64,000 nucleotides of DNA, taken from NCBI GenBank assembly GCA_964484205.1, contig CAZAEZ010000009.1, positions 24,035-88,034 of the forward strand, given 5' to 3'. A program made the position numbers and the translations under genes. The stretch is from an uncultured Saprospiraceae bacterium (GTDB lineage Bacteria; Bacteroidota; Bacteroidia; Chitinophagales; Saprospiraceae). This document shows positions 52,165 to 62,337 of the stretch, piece after piece (position 1 is the first letter of the stretch; every line of letters begins with the position of its first letter). Under the pieces are notes generated by a model. The model was not told where the DNA came from, did no database searches, and saw only the letters and a program-made list of their open reading frames with translations.

Positions 52165-53565
52165 ATGAAAAACGCCCTGTTTATACTCTGCCTCACCTGT
52201 TGCGTTGGCCTGAACGCCCAAACGGTGGCGTTCAAAAATGTCAATGTCATTCCCATGGATGGCGACTATATGCGCTCCTTGCAAACGGTGCTGGTTGAAA
52301 ACGGTGTGATCACGCAAATGGGCGAAGTTGGCGACATAAAAATTCCCAGGCAGGCCAAAATCATCGACGGCACCGGAAAATACCTGATGCCCGGCCTGAT
52401 GGACATGCACGTGCATTTTTTCACCGAACAGGGCATTGCACCAAAATTTATGTCCCAGGAAACAAAAATCATGCTGGCCAACGGCGTCACCACCGCGCGG
52501 ATCATGTGCGGCGATTCGCAATACCTGGCGCTGAAAAAACAACTCGACCGGGGGCGCATCCCGGGGCCGGAACTCGTGGTAGTGAGCCCCCAACTGGTGG
52601 GCAAATGGCCCTTCCAGGGACCGTTTTTCGGGATGATCGCCGACACGCCGGAAAAAGCCCGCGCGGCAGTGCGGGAGTTTAAAGCGCAGGGATATGCCGC
52701 CCTGAAAATCACGTTTTTCGTGCAGCCCGATGTGTACGAGGCGGCCGTTGAAACAGCCCGGTCCGTGGGTCTGCCCGTCACGGGTCACGTTGGCCCCGAT
52801 GTAGGCCTGGACCGCGCCCTGGTTGCCGGCCAGCAAATTGAACACCTCGATGAATTTCTGGAGCAACTGCTGCCGGATACGGTCCAGCGGCGCATCAGTG
52901 TTTCCGGCACCAGTGTCTGGGATAAAAAAAGGGCCTGGCCGACGGTCGATTTGCTGGATGTGAGCAAAATTCCGGCACTGGTCCAACGGGTCAAAAAAGC
53001 CGGCATTTCGGTAACGCCCACCCACTATTTTTTGCACAGTTCATTCGGGTACGGGCAAAGTGAGGACAGCATACGCGCCCTGCCCGATTTTGACTACATC
53101 CCCGCTTCGCTGAAACCCGATCGCTTCAAGGCGCGGGAATATTTCTGGACCGATCCGCCACCCGAGGCGCTCCGCGAGCGCTACGTCAGCCTGCGCCAGC
53201 ACCTGACCCGGGCCCTGTACACCGCCGGCGTGCCGCTGCTTTGCGGCTCCGATTCGCCGGAGTGGTTCCTGGTTTCGGGTTTTGCGGTGCACAACGAACT
53301 GCAGGCGATGGTAGATGCCGGGCTTCCGCCTTTTGCGGCGCTCGAAACAGCTACCGTCAACCCGGCGCGCTACCTGGGCATAGCCGAGCAAAAAGGAACG
53401 ATCGCGGTGGGCAAAACGGCCGATTTATTGTTGCTGACCGCCAATCCGCTCGACGACATTGCCAATACCCGGAAGATCGACGGGGTTTTTCACCAGGGGA
53501 AATTTTACGATCGAAAAACACTGGATAAACTGTTGAAGGAAGCGCGGATATTGGGGAAACAGTAA
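52165..53565 (+). CDS. secreted amidohydrolase-family metallohydrolase
   Basis: Signal peptide. 'LMPGLMDMHVHF' is the HxH metal motif. 'GHVGPD' and 'GSDSP' occur late in the sequence. Confidence 0.85.
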   Translation: MKNALFILCLTCCVGLNAQTVAFKNVNVIPMDGDYMRSLQTVLVENGVITQMGEVGDIKIPRQAKIIDGTGKYLMPGLMDMHVHFFTEQGIAPKFMSQETKIMLANGVTTARIMCGDSQYLALKKQLDRGRIPGPELVVVSPQLVGKWPFQGPFFGMIADTPEKARAAVREFKAQGYAALKITFFVQPDVYEAAVETARSVGLPVTGHVGPDVGLDRALVAGQQIEHLDEFLEQLLPDTVQRRISVSGTSVWDKKRAWPTVDLLDVSKIPALVQRVKKAGISVTPTHYFLHSSFGYGQSEDSIRALPDFDYIPASLKPDRFKAREYFWTDPPPEALRERYVSLRQHLTRALYTAGVPLLCGSDSPEWFLVSGFAVHNELQAMVDAGLPPFAALETATVNPARYLGIAEQKGTIAVGKTADLLLLTANPLDDIANTRKIDGVFHQGKFYDRKTLDKLLKEARILGKQ

Positions 53566-53621
53566 TTTGGGGTATTATTGCCGGGTATTTGCCTTGGCAA
53601 TCTGAATTCAGCAATTCCACC

Positions 53622-55724
53622 ATGTCCACCATCCAACCCACCGCGCTCGCCGACAAACTCAGCCAAATGGACATCTTCCACTCCATTCCGGGGGATATCC
53701 TGCTGCACCTGGCGGCGCAGTGCCGGATCGAAGTGTTTGAGCCGCATGCGGTGGTGTTCCACAAAGACGAGCCCGGCCAGGCGCTATACCTGATTTTGGA
53801 AGGTTCCGCGCGGGTGCACGACGGCGATTTCACCGTGGCCAACATGAAGGCCGGCACTTGTTTCGGCGAGATGGCCCTGCTGGACGAAGGGCCGCGCTCA
53901 ATGTCGGTAAGCGTCAACGAGCTGAGCCGCCTGGCGCGCATCGACCGCGATGTGTTTTTTGACGTACTCGGCGATTATCCCGGCGTCATGCAAAAAATTG
54001 TGGGTATGCTGACCCGCCGCCTGCGGTTTCAAACCGACAAAACCCTGGAGCAACTCCGCCGCCGCGAGGAGGAATTGTCCAACCAGGTGGCCGCGCGCAC
54101 GGCCGAGTTGATGCAGCAAAAAGAAGAAGCCGAGCAACTGCGCGCCAAAGCCGAAGCCGAAAAAAAAGAAGCCGAAAAACAACGCCTGCGCGCCGAGCAA
54201 AGCGAGCGCGCCGAGCAACAATTTCTGGCCAACATGAGCCATGAAATCCGCACGCCCATGAACGCCGTGATGGGAATGACGAATTTGCTGTTGCAAAAAA
54301 ATCCGCGCGAAGATCAACTCCGCTACCTGCACAGCATCCGCCAGTCGTCTGAAGCGCTACTGGTCATTCTCAACGACATTCTGGACATTTCCAAAATACA
54401 GGCCGGCAAGTTGGAACTGGAGTTCACCGACCTCCGCGTCGACGCTATTCTGGAGCAGGTGCGCACCACCCTGCAATTTCGCGCCGAGGAGAAGGGCCTC
54501 AGCCTGGAGGTTATTTACGACCCGGAAATACCGCCGGTGCTTATTGGCGACCCCGTGCGTTTGCAACAGGTGTTGCTGAACCTGGCGGGCAATGCGGTGA
54601 AATTTACAGAAAAAGGCCGGGTAAGCATGCTGGCGCGTTTGGTAAAAAAACAGGCCAAACGCGCCCGGATTTATTTCGAAGTGCGCGATACCGGAATCGG
54701 CATGTCGCCCCGGCAACTCGACGTGGTATTTGAGAGTTTTCGCCAGGCTTCCGGCGACACCACCCGCAAATACGGGGGCACCGGTCTGGGACTTACGATT
54801 TCAAAACAGCTGGTTGAACAATTTGGCGGCAGCCTGGACGTCAGCAGCAGCCCCGGCGAAGGTTCTGTTTTCTGGTTTGAAATTGAGCTGGAAATCGGGA
54901 AGGAAACAACGGCAAAGCCCGAGGAACCGGTTCTGGACGCCAAGGAAGCCCTGCGGGGGTTGCGCATTTTATTGGCCGAAGACAATGCCTTCAACCGGAT
55001 CGTGGCGGTGGAAACCCTCGAAATGCTCATCCCGGAAGTACGGGTGCATACCGCCGAAAACGGGCGGGAGGCGGTAGACGCTTTCCTGGCACACACGTTC
55101 GATGTGGTGCTCATGGATGTGACCATGCCGGTGATGGACGGCCTCGAGGCCACGCAAGCCATCCGGGCAGCCGACAGCCCGGCCAGGGATATTCCGGTGA
55201 TCGCATTTACGGCTTCGGTCACCAAAAAGGAAGTCCGGCGCTGCCTGAACAACGGCATGAACGCCTGTGTGCCCAAGCCCTTCAAAGAATCCGAACTGCT
55301 CCAGGCCTTGCTCACTGCGATGGCGCCCGGGCGGGCAGCGGCCATTCCGAAAGAGCCCGAAAAACAGGTAGTTGACGACGGTTCGGACCGCCTGGCTTTT
55401 TTAAAAAACCTCACCGGAAACAACCCGGCCCGCATTCAAAAATACCTGGGGCTGTACCTTGAATCCGTGAGCGCCGGGTTGCCCCGCATCGAGGCTGCCC
55501 TGGCAGTCGGCGACCGGGAGGAATTGCGGCGGGTGGTGCATACCGTTAAACCGCAGTTTCGCATGTTGGGCATGGAAAAAATGGCCGAACTGGCGCAAAC
55601 TATTGAAACACAAGCGGTGGAAGGTATTGATCTGGATACCCTGCCGGAAAATGTGGAACGGTTGCTGGCTGAAATCCGCGATTCCATTCAACTATTTGAG
55701 GCATACCTGGAATCGGCAGACTAA
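53622..55724 (+). CDS. hybrid sensor histidine kinase with N-terminal cyclic-nucleotide-binding domain, receiver and HPt domains
   Basis: cNMP-binding 'GQALYLILEGSARV...GTCFGEMALL'. A coiled-coil. HisKA 'FLANMSHEIRTPMNAV'. HATPase 'DTGIGM...GGTGLGLTI'. REC 'ILLAEDNAFN...VLMDVTMPVMDG'. HPt 'HTVKPQFRMLG'. ATG 53622. Confidence 0.88.
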   Translation: MSTIQPTALADKLSQMDIFHSIPGDILLHLAAQCRIEVFEPHAVVFHKDEPGQALYLILEGSARVHDGDFTVANMKAGTCFGEMALLDEGPRSMSVSVNELSRLARIDRDVFFDVLGDYPGVMQKIVGMLTRRLRFQTDKTLEQLRRREEELSNQVAARTAELMQQKEEAEQLRAKAEAEKKEAEKQRLRAEQSERAEQQFLANMSHEIRTPMNAVMGMTNLLLQKNPREDQLRYLHSIRQSSEALLVILNDILDISKIQAGKLELEFTDLRVDAILEQVRTTLQFRAEEKGLSLEVIYDPEIPPVLIGDPVRLQQVLLNLAGNAVKFTEKGRVSMLARLVKKQAKRARIYFEVRDTGIGMSPRQLDVVFESFRQASGDTTRKYGGTGLGLTISKQLVEQFGGSLDVSSSPGEGSVFWFEIELEIGKETTAKPEEPVLDAKEALRGLRILLAEDNAFNRIVAVETLEMLIPEVRVHTAENGREAVDAFLAHTFDVVLMDVTMPVMDGLEATQAIRAADSPARDIPVIAFTASVTKKEVRRCLNNGMNACVPKPFKESELLQALLTAMAPGRAAAIPKEPEKQVVDDGSDRLAFLKNLTGNNPARIQKYLGLYLESVSAGLPRIEAALAVGDREELRRVVHTVKPQFRMLGMEKMAELAQTIETQAVEGIDLDTLPENVERLLAEIRDSIQLFEAYLESAD

Positions 55725-55792
55725 AACTGCCCATCCGGCTGGTGTTTGACATTGAAAAGAAGTTTCTACCTTCGCTCAAAATCTTGGAAACT

Positions 55793-56173
55793 ATGGCTGA
55801 TCAAAAAAAGAAAATATTTGTCGTAGACGATGATAAAATGTTCTGCACCATGCTGGCAGACCATCTTGAGGATCAGGGCTCGTACGCGGTAACCAGCTTC
55901 GGCACCGGTGAAGAATGCCTGGAACAGCTCGATGCCGCCCCCGATGCCATTATCCTGGATTATTACCTGGACTCTAATGTGCCCGGCGCCAAAAACGGCC
56001 TCGAGATCCTGCAAATCATCCATAAGAAAAGCCCGGATCTGAAGGTGATCATGCTCTCCTCCCAGGAGCACTACGGCATCGCGTTGCAAACTATCGCCAG
56101 CGGTGCGGTGTACTACGTGATCAAAGACCTGAAGTCTTTTCAGGAAATCGACAGCATTTTGGAAGAGCTGTAA
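55793..56173 (+). CDS. stand-alone response regulator (receiver domain only)
   Basis: ATG 55793 gives 'MADQKKKIFVVDDDKMF'. 'IILDYYLD' carries the phospho-acceptor Asp context. 'VIMLSSQE'. Confidence 0.85.
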   Translation: MADQKKKIFVVDDDKMFCTMLADHLEDQGSYAVTSFGTGEECLEQLDAAPDAIILDYYLDSNVPGAKNGLEILQIIHKKSPDLKVIMLSSQEHYGIALQTIASGAVYYVIKDLKSFQEIDSILEEL

Positions 56174-56262
56174 GCACCCGCTTAACATGCCCTGTTTTTG
56201 TACAAAAAAGAGGCTGTTTCATAAGTCGAAAACCTAAAATGCCCGCCGTAGAATATTTTATT

Positions 56263-56321
56263 CACCACAGAGACACGGAGGGCACGAAGAATTAAACTCC
56301 GTGCCCTCCGTGTCTCCGTGG
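56263..56321. repeat. family A element, copy 4 (simple hairpin form)
   Basis: caccacagagacacggagggcacg ... ctccgtgccctccgtgtctccgtggt. It lies downstream of the response regulator and upstream of metK, in a terminator-like position. Confidence 0.85.
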
Positions 56322-56448
56322 TTAAAATTTGGAATCGTCTGGGGCCGGTTGTTACAAAATAAGTTGCTGCAAGCCCCCCTGGAATAGAACGGGAAGCCCC
56401 CGTTCATCCCCCCTTATTCTTCAGATGGATTTTAGTAAAGGAAGCTCT

Positions 56449-56456
56449 ACCTTTGC
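56449..56456 (+). promoter_or_regulatory. candidate -7 promoter element (TAnnTTTG) for metK
   Basis: tacctttg lies ~135 nt upstream of ATG 56591. Motif match only. Confidence 0.2.
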
Positions 56457-56590
56457 GCGGCTTTTTTGCGCCTTGGGTAATAAAAGTGCCCAAAACAGGG
56501 CTGCCCGGGGCCTGCGAAGCCCAACACAATACCTGAAACATTCCGCCCGCATAAAGGCACCCGGCGGAAAACAAAACACAAGACTACGTC

Positions 56591-57838
56591 ATGCCATATT
56601 TATTCACTTCCGAGTCTGTTTCTGAAGGCCATCCCGATAAAATTGCCGATCAGATCAGCGATGCTATCCTCGACGAGTTTCTCCGGCAGGATCCCAACGC
56701 CAAAGTGGCCTGCGAAACCCTGGTGACCACCGGCCTGGTGGTTGTAGCCGGTGAAGTGCGCTCCAACGCCTATGTCGATGTGCAGGAAACTGCCCGCAAG
56801 GCCATCGAACGCATCGGGTACACCCGCGCCGAATACCAGTTTGAGGCCAAAAGTTGCGGCGTGATCAGCGCCATCCACGAACAAAGCCCGGATATCGCCC
56901 AGGGCGTCGATGTCGGCAAAAACGAACAAGACCAGGGCGCCGGCGACCAGGGCATGATGTTCGGCTATGCCACCAACGAAACCGACAATTACATGCCGCT
57001 TGGCCTCGACCTGGCCCACCGCATTCTGCGCGAACTCGCCGCCATCCGGCACGAAGGCAAAAAAATGAAGTACCTGCGGCCCGATGCCAAAAGCCAGGTA
57101 ACGATCGAATATACCGACAAGGATGTGCCCAAGCGCATCGACACGATCGTGGTGAGCACCCAGCACGACGAAGAGGCCACCCAGGAACGCATTGCAGCCG
57201 ATATTCAGAAAATTGTAATTCCCCGCGTCAAAAAAAATCTGCCGCCGCGCCTGCAAAAATTGTTCACGAACTCCATCCGCTATTACATCAACCCGACAGG
57301 CAAATTCGTGATCGGCGGCCCCCACGGCGACACCGGTCTCACCGGCCGGAAGATCATCGTGGATACCTACGGCGGCAAAGGCGCCCACGGCGGTGGCGCA
57401 TTCAGCGGAAAAGACGCCTCCAAAGTAGACCGTTCGGCAGCCTACGCCACCCGCCACATTGCCAAAAACCTGGTGGCTGCCGGCTTGTGCAAGCAGGCAT
57501 TGGTGCAGGTCGCCTATGCGATCGGGGTTTCCAAACCCGTTGGACTGTTTGTCAATACCTTCGGAACCTGCACCGTGAAAGGCCTGAGCGATGGTGAAAT
57601 TGCAACCAAACTGCTGGAAATTTTCGACCTCCGCCCGGCAGCCATTGTTAAGCGTTTCGGCTTGAAAAATCCGATTTTCGGTGAAACGGCAGCCTACGGC
57701 CATTTTGGACGCGAACCGGAAAAAAAGACCATTTCGATTGGCCTGAACGGCAAATCTGAAAAACGGGAAGTGGAAACATTTACCTGGGAAAAACTTGATG
57801 CCGTTGCGGACATCCGGAAGGCATTTGGGCTTGCTTGA
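56591..57838 (+). CDS. metK: S-adenosylmethionine synthetase
   Basis: '[24 protein letters not shown]', '[12 protein letters not shown]' and '[19 protein letters not shown]'. Confidence 0.98.
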   Translation: MPYLFTSESVSEGHPDKIADQISDAILDEFLRQDPNAKVACETLVTTGLVVVAGEVRSNAYVDVQETARKAIERIGYTRAEYQFEAKSCGVISAIHEQSPDIAQGVDVGKNEQDQGAGDQGMMFGYATNETDNYMPLGLDLAHRILRELAAIRHEGKKMKYLRPDAKSQVTIEYTDKDVPKRIDTIVVSTQHDEEATQERIAADIQKIVIPRVKKNLPPRLQKLFTNSIRYYINPTGKFVIGGPHGDTGLTGRKIIVDTYGGKGAHGGGAFSGKDASKVDRSAAYATRHIAKNLVAAGLCKQALVQVAYAIGVSKPVGLFVNTFGTCTVKGLSDGEIATKLLEIFDLRPAAIVKRFGLKNPIFGETAAYGHFGREPEKKTISIGLNGKSEKREVETFTWEKLDAVADIRKAFGLA

Positions 57839-57856
57839 TCCATTTCACGCCTGTCT

Positions 57857-57902
57857 CCGGCGGGCAGATGCCGTTTTGCAAAAGCAACGGCCTGCCCGCC
57901 GG
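57857..57902 (+). terminator. long GC-rich hairpin after metK (terminator candidate, no clear T-tract)
   Basis: ccggcgggcag (57857-57867) pairs with ctgcccgccgg (57892-57902). An inner ccgtt/aacgg pair is also present. Confidence 0.45.
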
Positions 57903-58039
57903 TGTGCATCCCTGCCTCCGCAATTTGTTACCTTTAACGCCGTTTTTCGTACATAAAACGCAAATGCAGCAACCTTGGCAGGCTTAATAAACACTGCCGG
58001 AACTGCCGGCATCAATCCTTCAACTAAACACACGATCTA

Positions 58040-58558
58040 ATGATTCGCAAGACATCTCTTTTTCTGTTTGTACTTCTGATCAGCACTTTTAGCTTGTCCG
58101 GTCAAACAGAACCATCCAAATACGGCCATATGAATCTGGGTAATCTGCTCGACGGATTGCCGGAAACGGCAAAGGCCGAGGCTACGCTGCGCGTTTTTGC
58201 CGACAGCCTCAACCAAAAGGACAGTGTGATGACCATGGCATTCCAGGAAGCGTACCTGCTTCTGAAAAAAGAATACGACGAGGGCGGGCTCACACCGATA
58301 CAAGTCCAGGAACGGCAGGCAGCACTTGAAAAGCAGCGCCAGGAAATCCAGAAATATGAAGAGGAGGCTCAAGCCATGCTCGAATCCCGACGCGGTGAAC
58401 TTCTGGATCCCATCCTCACCCGGGTAAACGAGGCGATAAAAGCCGTAGCCAAAGAAAACGGCTTCCTTATGATTTTTGATGTCAGCAGCGGTTCGATGTT
58501 GTTCGCGGCCGAGACGATTGACGTTACTCCGTTGGTCAAAACCAAACTGGGGATTTGA
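58040..58558 (+). CDS. OmpH/Skp-family [11 protein letters not shown] chaperone
   Basis: Signal peptide. A long coiled-coil 'QERQAALEKQRQEIQKYEEEAQAMLESRRGELLDPILTRVNEAIKAVAKENGF' is typical of OmpH. Confidence 0.85.
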   Translation: MIRKTSLFLFVLLISTFSLSGQTEPSKYGHMNLGNLLDGLPETAKAEATLRVFADSLNQKDSVMTMAFQEAYLLLKKEYDEGGLTPIQVQERQAALEKQRQEIQKYEEEAQAMLESRRGELLDPILTRVNEAIKAVAKENGFLMIFDVSSGSMLFAAETIDVTPLVKTKLGI

Positions 58559-58605
58559 ATATGCGATTTTTTGCGAACACCCGCCCTGCGGCTTCGTACG
58601 TAAAC

Positions 58606-58780
58606 CAGATGTCTCCCTACGGTCGACATGACAACCAGCATTTTTTTACTGGTTATCAGGTTTCTCGCTACGCTCGAAACTTCCACAACGCCTGGTGTCG
58701 TTTCGAGCGTAGCGAGAAACCTGATGAAATTAAATTTTTAATCTTGCACCTTGTCATGTCGACCGTAGGGAGACATCTGA
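58606..58780. repeat. family B nested-palindrome element, copy 3
   Basis: cagatgtctccctacggtcgacatgacaa ... caggtttctcgctacgctcgaaac ... gtttcgagcgtagcgagaaacctg ... ttgtcatgtcgaccgtagggagacatctga. Confidence 0.9.
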
Positions 58781-58993
58781 GGCACTAAACACATACACGA
58801 CTTCAGCCGCAGGACGGGTAAATTTTGGTGCAGATGCACTAGCCGGGGCATCCGGTGCGGATTCCTGGTTTTTCTTTTGTGGTAAAACGCCACGGTTCTC
58901 CCAAAAAGCCAAAAAGCAATACTTTTACACCTTCCTCCCGGGCAGCACCCTGAAGCCCGGGATTGTTTTATACCAGAAACATATCATTCTACG

Positions 58994-61900
58994 ATGACTG
59001 CTTTCAAAACGCTGAATAATCTAACCGGTTGGCTTGTTTTTGCCGTGGCTGCGCTTGTTTTAGGCGCTGCCGCCGAACCTACAGGCAGTTTGTGGGACTG
59101 TGGCGAGTTTATCGCCGGGGCTTATAAACTACAGGTGGTGCACCCCCCCGGGGCGCCTATTTTCCTCCTGGTCGGCCGCCTGTTTGCCTGGGTTGGGCAA
59201 ATGGTATCGGACGACCCCGCCACCATTGCCTACGCTGTAAACCTGCTCTCTGCCTTGTGTACCGCTTTCGGGGCAATGTTTATTTGCTGGAGCGCCACCA
59301 TCCTGGCCCGCCTGACCCTGGCTGGTCGCGATGGTGAATTAACGCAAGGGCAGGCCATTGCCAGCCTGGGCGCCGGACTGGTTGCCGGGCTCACCATGGC
59401 CTTTGCTTCTTCGGTTTGGTTTTCCGCTGTGGAAGGTGAGGTGTACGCCATGTCGACCTTTTTTACCTGTCTAACCTTGTGGGCGGTACTCAAATGGTAC
59501 CAGTTGCCCGATACCGCCGACGCTGACCGCTGGCTGGTTTTTGCGTTTTATTCGGTAGCGCTCTCGATCGGGGTGCACCTGCTGAGCCTGCTGACCTTTC
59601 CAGCGCTGGCGATGTTTTATTATTTTAAAAAAGCAAAAAAACCGACGGTGCTCAACACCCTGCTGGCTGCCGGGGTGGGGGTGGCGTTCATTGTTGGACT
59701 CCAATATTTTATCATCGCGGGGATTCCACGGCTTTGGGCCACCTTCGACCGCTTTATGGTCAATGGCCTGGGAATGCCGTTTCACACGGGCATTATCCTG
59801 GTGTTCCTGCTTTTTGGCGGTGTGCTCTGGTATGGTTTGCGCCGGGCCGAGCGCACCGGCAATGGCCTGCTGCAACGCCTGGTTGTTGCTGTCGGTGTGG
59901 TGGTGATTGCCTATACGGCCTTTGGCATGGTGGTCATCCGGGCCAATGCCAACCCGCCGATCAACATGAACGATCCCTCCGACGCCACCCGCCTGCTGCC
60001 TTACCTCAACCGCGAGCAGTACGGCGAACGCCCGCTGTTGCGCGGCCCAAGTTTCGACGCCAAACCTGTCGGCCTGAAAACGGAAGAGCGCTGGGGCCGT
60101 GTCGACGACCACTATGAAATTGTTGACGAAAAAATTGACTACGAATACGCCTCCTCCAGCAAAACCCTGTTTCCCCGCATGGGCGACTATTCGCAGGGGC
60201 GGCCGGACCTGTACCGCCGCTGGATCGACAAGCCCACCGGCACACCCACGTTTGGCGACAACATCGAATTTTTCCTGAAATACCAACTGGGCTGGATGTA
60301 CTGGCGCTATTTCATGTGGAATTTTGCCGGCCGGCAAAACGGCGAACAGGGCTTTTATTCCTGGGATCCCAGCTCCGGAAACTGGGTCAGCGGCATCGAT
60401 TTTCTCGATGAAGGCCGGATCGGGAACCAGGACGAACTGCCCGAGTTTATGGCCAACGATCAGGCGCGCAACCACTACTACCTCATTCCGTTTCTCCTGG
60501 GCCTGGTCGGTATGTTTTTTCACTATCGAAGCCGCCCGCGCGATTTTGCCGCGTTGTTTGCCTTGTTTATCATTACGGGTATCGGCATCACGGTGTATTC
60601 CAACCAGCCACCCAACGAGCCCCGCGAACGGGATTACGTGCTCGTCGGCTCTATTTTCACCTATGCCATTTGGATCGGGCTGAGTATTCCCGCGCTGTTT
60701 ACCCTGTTGAGCGAGCGGGTAAAACTGCCGGGCGTGGCTGCTGCCGGTGCGGTTAGTTTGCTGGCCTTGTCGGCGCCTCTGTTGATGGTCACCGAGAACT
60801 GGGATGATCACAGCCGGGCCGACCACTACGCCAGCCGCGACTATGCGAGCAACTTCCTAAACTCCTGCGCGCCCAACGCCATTATTTTCACCTACGGCGA
60901 CAACGATACATACCCGCTCTGGTACTGCCAGGAGGTGGAAGGGATACGGACGGATGTCCGGGTGGTCAACCTTTCCCTGATTGCGGTGGACTGGTATATC
61001 GACCAGTTGCGCCGCAAGGTGAACGATTCGCCGGCCATCGAAATGAGTATTCCGCAGGAAAAACTGCGTGGGTACAAGCGCATCCAGGTGCCGTTTTACG
61101 CACCGTCGGGCGCCGAACCGGAAATGGCGCTGCAACAAATCCTGAAGTTTATCGCCGAAGACCATCCGTTGCCGGCGCAGGGCGGGCGCGATTTTGACTC
61201 GTACGTGCCGACGCACAATGTGCATATCCCGGTCAACAAGCAGACGATGATCGCCAACGGCTTGCTTTCGGCAGCCGACAGCAATGTGGTGGATACCATC
61301 CGGTTCAATCTGGGCGACCGGAGTTTCCTGATCAAAGACGACATTGCCATTCTCGACATCGTGGCGTCGAACTTCGACAAACGCCCCATTTACTGGGCCG
61401 TCACCACCCGGGAGGAAAAACTGCTGGGCCTGGCGGATTACACCCAATTGGAGGGCCTCAGCCTGCGCCTGGTGCCATTTTATTCGCCCGGCGACGGCCG
61501 GAGTTACGGCATCATTGGTAGTGGCCGCGTCGCGTCGGACATTGCCTACGACAACATTATGAACAAATGGCAGTGGGGCAATTTTGACAAGGAGCGCTTG
61601 TATGTCAACCGCTCGTATATGCCGAGTTTGCAAACCATGCGTGTCGGGATGATCCGCATCGGCCGCCAATTGGTCACGGAAGGCAAACTGGATAAAGCCG
61701 AGGCTTTGGCCGATAAATATTTTGCTGTTTTCCCGGACTTCAACTTCCCCTACGATCAGTTTTCCGCCTACATGGCCGATATCTACGCCCGCGCGGGTGC
61801 GAATGAAAAGGCCAGGGAGAAGATTCGGGCTATTGCGAAAACGCAGGAGGCGATCATGCGCTTCCACAAGTCGCAGACACCGGAATTTCAGCGCGGTTAC

Positions 61901-62050
61901 GAGCAGGATTTCCGCTTTGCTGCCAACGCAGCGCAAACGCTGATCGGCATTGCGCAATTTATGCAGGATACCCAATTGAGGGGCGAACTGGAAAACCAGT
62001 TCAATCCTTACCTGCCGGCTGCACCGGGCGTACCGCCGCTGCCGCAGTAA
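58994..62050 (+). CDS. DUF2723-family polytopic membrane glycosyltransferase-like protein with TPR-like C-terminus
   Basis: 1018 aa. 'EPTGSLWDCGEFIAGAYKLQVVHPPGAPIFLLVGRLF' is the characteristic DUF2723 N-terminus. Many TM helices, then a soluble C-terminal half. Confidence 0.85.
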   Translation: MTAFKTLNNLTGWLVFAVAALVLGAAAEPTGSLWDCGEFIAGAYKLQVVHPPGAPIFLLVGRLFAWVGQMVSDDPATIAYAVNLLSALCTAFGAMFICWSATILARLTLAGRDGELTQGQAIASLGAGLVAGLTMAFASSVWFSAVEGEVYAMSTFFTCLTLWAVLKWYQLPDTADADRWLVFAFYSVALSIGVHLLSLLTFPALAMFYYFKKAKKPTVLNTLLAAGVGVAFIVGLQYFIIAGIPRLWATFDRFMVNGLGMPFHTGIILVFLLFGGVLWYGLRRAERTGNGLLQRLVVAVGVVVIAYTAFGMVVIRANANPPINMNDPSDATRLLPYLNREQYGERPLLRGPSFDAKPVGLKTEERWGRVDDHYEIVDEKIDYEYASSSKTLFPRMGDYSQGRPDLYRRWIDKPTGTPTFGDNIEFFLKYQLGWMYWRYFMWNFAGRQNGEQGFYSWDPSSGNWVSGIDFLDEGRIGNQDELPEFMANDQARNHYYLIPFLLGLVGMFFHYRSRPRDFAALFALFIITGIGITVYSNQPPNEPRERDYVLVGSIFTYAIWIGLSIPALFTLLSERVKLPGVAAAGAVSLLALSAPLLMVTENWDDHSRADHYASRDYASNFLNSCAPNAIIFTYGDNDTYPLWYCQEVEGIRTDVRVVNLSLIAVDWYIDQLRRKVNDSPAIEMSIPQEKLRGYKRIQVPFYAPSGAEPEMALQQILKFIAEDHPLPAQGGRDFDSYVPTHNVHIPVNKQTMIANGLLSAADSNVVDTIRFNLGDRSFLIKDDIAILDIVASNFDKRPIYWAVTTREEKLLGLADYTQLEGLSLRLVPFYSPGDGRSYGIIGSGRVASDIAYDNIMNKWQWGNFDKERLYVNRSYMPSLQTMRVGMIRIGRQLVTEGKLDKAEALADKYFAVFPDFNFPYDQFSAYMADIYARAGANEKAREKIRAIAKTQEAIMRFHKSQTPEFQRGYEQDFRFAANAAQTLIGIAQFMQDTQLRGELENQFNPYLPAAPGVPPLPQ

Positions 62051-62077
62051 ATTTGGATGTTATCATTAAAAATCCCG

Positions 62078-62122
62078 GGTTTTTCCATTGCGAATCACCC
62101 GGGATTTTTTTTGTCAGGCTGT
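62078..62122 (+). terminator. rho-independent terminator of the DUF2723 gene
   Basis: Stem aaaaatcccgggt ... acccgggat, followed by a run of eight T. Confidence 0.8.
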
Positions 62123-62337
62123 TTTCTCGATGGCATTTGGGATGCGCCGGTTTTAAGGAAATGGAGAAATGAAGCACACTACTGGACATTTTTTGTCAGT
62201 TGCGAGAAAAATGGAAACAAAGCGCTGCGGACGCACCATTCTTTTCTATACTTCAATATACGCTGCTGTTTTTATGTATCGAAGTGCTTTGTGGATAATG
62301 GACCGAAGTAACGCCCACTTCACGATTTATAATACCG

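Noticed and set aside
56330-56590. Possible SAM riboswitch in the long region upstream of metK.
   Set aside because: I could not find the SAM-I core strings (GAGGGA, GCAACC, the GGUGC-AA/AGAUGAG closing helix) or a convincing SAM-II AAAGCU pseudoknot signature. Only generic hairpins are present, such as ccgcc...ggcgg at ~56553-56577. A covariance-model scan with the Rfam SAM families would settle it.
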